NCBI GenBank assembly: GCA_950097015.1
Contig: CATNEN010000005.1
Span: forward strand, 1,550,001-1,614,000
Length of the DNA stretch: 64,000 nucleotides
Direction of reading: 5' to 3'
Source: Macrostomum hystrix
Lineage: Eukaryota > Animalia > Platyhelminthes
The notes beneath the pieces are model-generated. The model was given only the letters and a program-made list of their open reading frames with translations, searched no databases and was not told the DNA's origin. The position numbers and the translations under genes are program-made. Below are positions 60,710 to 64,000 of the stretch, one piece after another. The number at the start of each line of letters is the position of its first letter. Position 1 is the stretch's first letter.

Positions 60710-63036
60710 TCACTCCTGGTTAATCTTCTTAAACTCAGCAACCTGGGCCAGCACGTGAGCTAATATAGCCTTGGCATCGCGCCTATCAGCCGGCAGTTTA
60801 TTAGTGACGCCGAGAATTTCGCCGCACTGTCTAATATAATATTCCAAATCGTCGTCTGTACATTTGTTAGTGATCTGGGCTAGTCGAACCTTCTCGGTGC
60901 TGAACTGTTCGTCCAGATCGAACAATTCCAAAGCCGGGGCTGGCAGTTCCCGGAAACTCGGCGGAAATACGGCCGGCTGGAGCGGCGGCAGGGGAGTTTC
61001 AAACTGCGGCTGAATTAGAGACAATTGTTCGTGCTTAACTCTCAGCTTATCATAGGCTGCTATAGCTTTAGGCACTAGGCTGGTGTCCATCACATAGAGT
61101 GACGAATCGTATAGACTCAGAACATCTTTAGGAACATCGTCGCTCTCTTGCAGGCAAGCTTTTAAATCTTCGGACAGGGCTTCAATATCCGGCGCGTGCT
61201 GATAATCGGCCAGCTCTGGCTCCTCAGCGTCTATGGCATTCAGGTGAAGTGTATCCGTGGACAGGTACTGCAGCACTACCTCGAGTACCTGGATTAGGAT
61301 CAGTCAGGATAAATAAATAAGGATTTGAGTAGAGCACGGGTAGGCAAACTTATTTGCTGGCGGGCCAAAGAAAGAACCTAAATGACGACAGCGGGCCGCA
61401 TTGACTGTATAAATATGAGATAGGGGAGAGATGAGACACGGGAGAGATGAGACACGGGAGAGATGGGACACAGGAAAGATGGGACACGAGGGAGATGAGA
61501 CACGGGAGAGATAATACAGGGGAGAGATTAGACACGGGAGAGATTAGACACGGGAGAGATTAGACACGGGAGAGATAAGACAGGGGAGAGATTAGAAACG
61601 GGAGAGATTAGACACGGGAGAGATTAGACACGGGAGAGATAAGACAGGGGAGAGATTAGACACGGGAGAGATAAGACAGGGGAGAGATTAGACACGGGAG
61701 AGATTAGACACGGGAGAGATGAGACACAGGAAAGATGGGACACGAGAGAGATGAGACACGGGAGAGATAAGACAGGGGAGAGATTAGACACGGGAGAGAT
61801 TAGACACGGGAGAGATTAGACACGAGATAGATGAAACAGGACACTGCAGATGTCAGAAGGGGCAACGGGCCGGATTTGGGAGCTTCGAGGGCCGCATCTG
61901 GCCCGCGGGCCGGAGTTTGCCGACCCCTGGAGTAGAGGAATTACAAGCAAACTGATTGCGTACACCAATTGACAAGAGATTACTATCAAAGAAAAATTTA
62001 TTATGGACTCTCAAAGGGGCAATTTGCTAAGGATTATAATCAATGGGATAATTTAATGGGGACTACTATAAACGGAATAATTTATAAGGGATTTTTACGA
62101 ATGGGGAAATTTACTAGGGATAAATTTCGATATAACAATTGACTGCGGCATAACTAAGTAGAATAAAATTTAATCATTCCCCACCTTAAAATTATCCTCC
62201 TTATCAATGTACTCGTCCGAAAAAGCCGCAGCCGCTCCAAAGACGGCCACTTTACCGCCGCCGCCGCCGCCGCCGCCGCTGCCGACGTTGCTAACGGCGC
62301 CAGATCTGCCGGCAGTTGGCGGAGGCGCCGACGCGGCACCGGAAACTGCGAATGCGCACACCGGCCTATTAAGCGGAAAAGCCACACTGCCAGTGCTCAG
62401 CACAGCCACGGCTGGCTTGGCCACATTCAGCGTGGCGCCGTACGGATAGACAAAGTGCAGAGCCGACTTGTGGGCCGAACTGGTGTCGCCGCCGCCGCCG
62501 CCGCCGCTTAAGCCGCCAATGACTGGCAGTAGAGTCTTACCGGCCGCTTCGCTGATGGCTCTATTGAGTACACCGTTGGGTACATAGCACTCTTTAGGAT
62601 GAAAGTACTTATAGTAGGCCGTGCGCACAACACAGTCGCTATTCACAGAGATGCCCATCTCTTCTAGAAAGAAGTTCACGTTAGTATCGTAGCGAGACTC
62701 TCCGCCTTCGCCCATGAGAACCAGAATGCTGCCACCCTTGGCTAGATAGGCTTTCATTGCGTCAAACTCCGACACTGAAAATTTCTCATTCGGCAGAGCG
62801 ACCAGAAAAATTCTGGCCTCGTTAAGGCGCGCCTCCGTGACTTCGTCTTTTAGGCTAACAATTTTCCAAGACGATTTCAACTTTCTTGTCAGAGTTTTGA
62901 AGCCGTAGCTTGGGCCAAAGGCGTCATGCTTTGTGGCGTTGATCAATAGGACATTGCTACCGACAGGACCAGTTGCCGGGGCGTCCGTATCTCGGCTACC
63001 ATTCATAGCTGCAGCAGATTCTATTGGAGCTGGCAT
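60710..63036 (-). CDS. IFT52: Intraflagellar transport protein 52
   Basis: Exons 63036-62185 and 61288-60710 (phase 0). Motifs LMGEGGESRYDTNVNFFLEE, YYKYFHPKE, QPQFETPLPPLQPAVFPPSFRELP and RLAQITNKC. The start ATG at 63036 is inferred. Confidence 0.96.
61335..61929. mobile_element. Non-autonomous hAT element (MITE) in the IFT52 intron, carrying a minisatellite
   Basis: TIRs CACGGGTAGGCAAACT / AGTTTGCCGACCCCTG; 8-bp TSD GAGTAGAG at 61327-61334 and 61930-61937; internal (GACACGGGAGAGATTA)n. Confidence 0.9.
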
Positions 63037-63164
63037 TTTTACACTGTGAGTTGTCCGCGTTGATTTGCTCAAATCTGGAATGGTTTTATTGCGAAACATA
63101 GCAAATAGTCGCATTGCAATTAGTTAAATGACATCTGCAGCCGACAGCACAGCCGCAGCCTTCT

Positions 63165-63235
63165 ATTTAAGTGTCTTGCTAAAGGATACTAATTGGTCCA
63201 GTGGGGTGGGGAATCGAACCCCCGACCCCCGACCA
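63165..63235 (-). mobile_element. Family C SINE fragment
   Basis: TTAAGTGTCTTGCTAAA...GGGAATCGAACCCCCGACC matches 60485-60545. Confidence 0.65.
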
Positions 63236-63793
63236 TAATAAAGATAATGAATGTCAAGAACTGACAATAAAAATTAAAAGTACAGCTTTTAACGGATTGA
63301 TAAAACGTAAGCAACAAAAATAAAGTGTCGTTATAAAGTACACTAAAACTGCTTCTTTCGTGTTGAGATTCGAACTCGCGACGGCTCAATTGGAAATTGA
63401 GACAACGCTATTTTCCCAGGTGAAACACCACGGGGAGGTATTTCAAATACCCACTGCCTAATTCACGATAGCTCCCAAACCGAATGATCGATGTACGTGA
63501 ATGTCCACCATTTCGAATAAAAAAATTCATTCTTTTTGTTTCATTTGGGGCGGTATTCGGGCCTAGACAAAAACGAGATCTTAGTGTCTTAGAAACCAAA
63601 CATTTAAACTAATAATATCAAGTCACGAGTCGAAATGAATTTAGCTTTACTCAAAATGCTGCTTTGTTGAAAGCCAATTCTTTATTAAAAGCAAATTTTA
63701 GACAAAAAGACAATGTATAAAGTTGCATATTTGATTTAAAGGAAAAATTCACACAAAATGAAACAATGAAGTAATGAATCTCTTAACAAAGAT

Positions 63794-63946
63794 TCAACAT
63801 TTTCCGCTATCAAACAGCTCCAAGAAAGCTGTGTACTTTGGTCTCAGTTCCGCCTTAGCCGGCACAATATGACCGGCAGGGTGACCAAGAAATGACAAAT
63901 GAACAAATAGAGATAGCATTGATTCAGTCAGCTCTCTGGATATCAC
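63794..63946 (-). CDS. OVCA2: Final exon of an OVCA2/FSH1-family serine hydrolase (rest outside the window)
   Basis: Acceptor TTTCCCGCAG, then VISRELTESMLSLF...GHPAGHIVPAKAELRPKYTAFLELF*. This matches the recalled OVCA2 end (VIPSQES...HSGGHFIPA...YLKFLDQF). Confidence 0.7.
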   Translation of the reverse strand: MISRELTESMLSLFVHLSFLGHPAGHIVPAKAELRPKYTAFLELFDSGKC

Positions 63947-64000
63947 CTGCGGGAAATGATCGGGGTGCGGCGTTAGCACACTTATTTAAATTGGAAATAG

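Noticed and set aside
63078-63114. Upstream in-frame starts extending IFT52 by up to 26 aa
   Set aside because: They lie in an intron- or outron-like tract upstream of a branch-point-like CTAAT and AG acceptor (63075-63076). AAAAATG at 63036 is the better start.

Overview
Eukaryotic (metazoan) genomic DNA, not prokaryotic. Roughly a third of the window is minisatellite or microsatellite, which produces most of the ORF-track hits. Ten protein-coding genes can be supported. On the + strand: the last two exons of ORC4 and a complete WDR86-like WD40 gene. On the - strand, eight consecutive genes: an OVCA2-like final exon, IFT52, GTF3C5, an Aa_trans amino-acid transporter, C15orf40/DUF167, EEF1AKMT1, an unknown 1200-aa protein, and a Snail zinc-finger gene. 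Mobile elements are a solo LTR with a 5-bp TSD, three tRNA-derived SINE families, two hAT MITEs with 8-bp TSDs that carry minisatellites, and a decayed Merlin transposase. A degenerate copy of the Macrostomum spliced leader (compared from memory) and the satellite load suggest a Macrostomum-like flatworm; this is inference. The strongest leads are: (1) an operon-like, probably SL-trans-spliced gene run in which GTF3C5 may take its start codon from the leader's terminal AUG; (2) the SL relic itself; (3) a covarying three-way-junction RNA shared by two otherwise different SINEs; (4) a CACCTG E-box satellite directly upstream of Snail. Splice sites and TSDs were read by hand, repeat boundaries are approximate, and family assignments rest on recalled protein sequences, not database searches.
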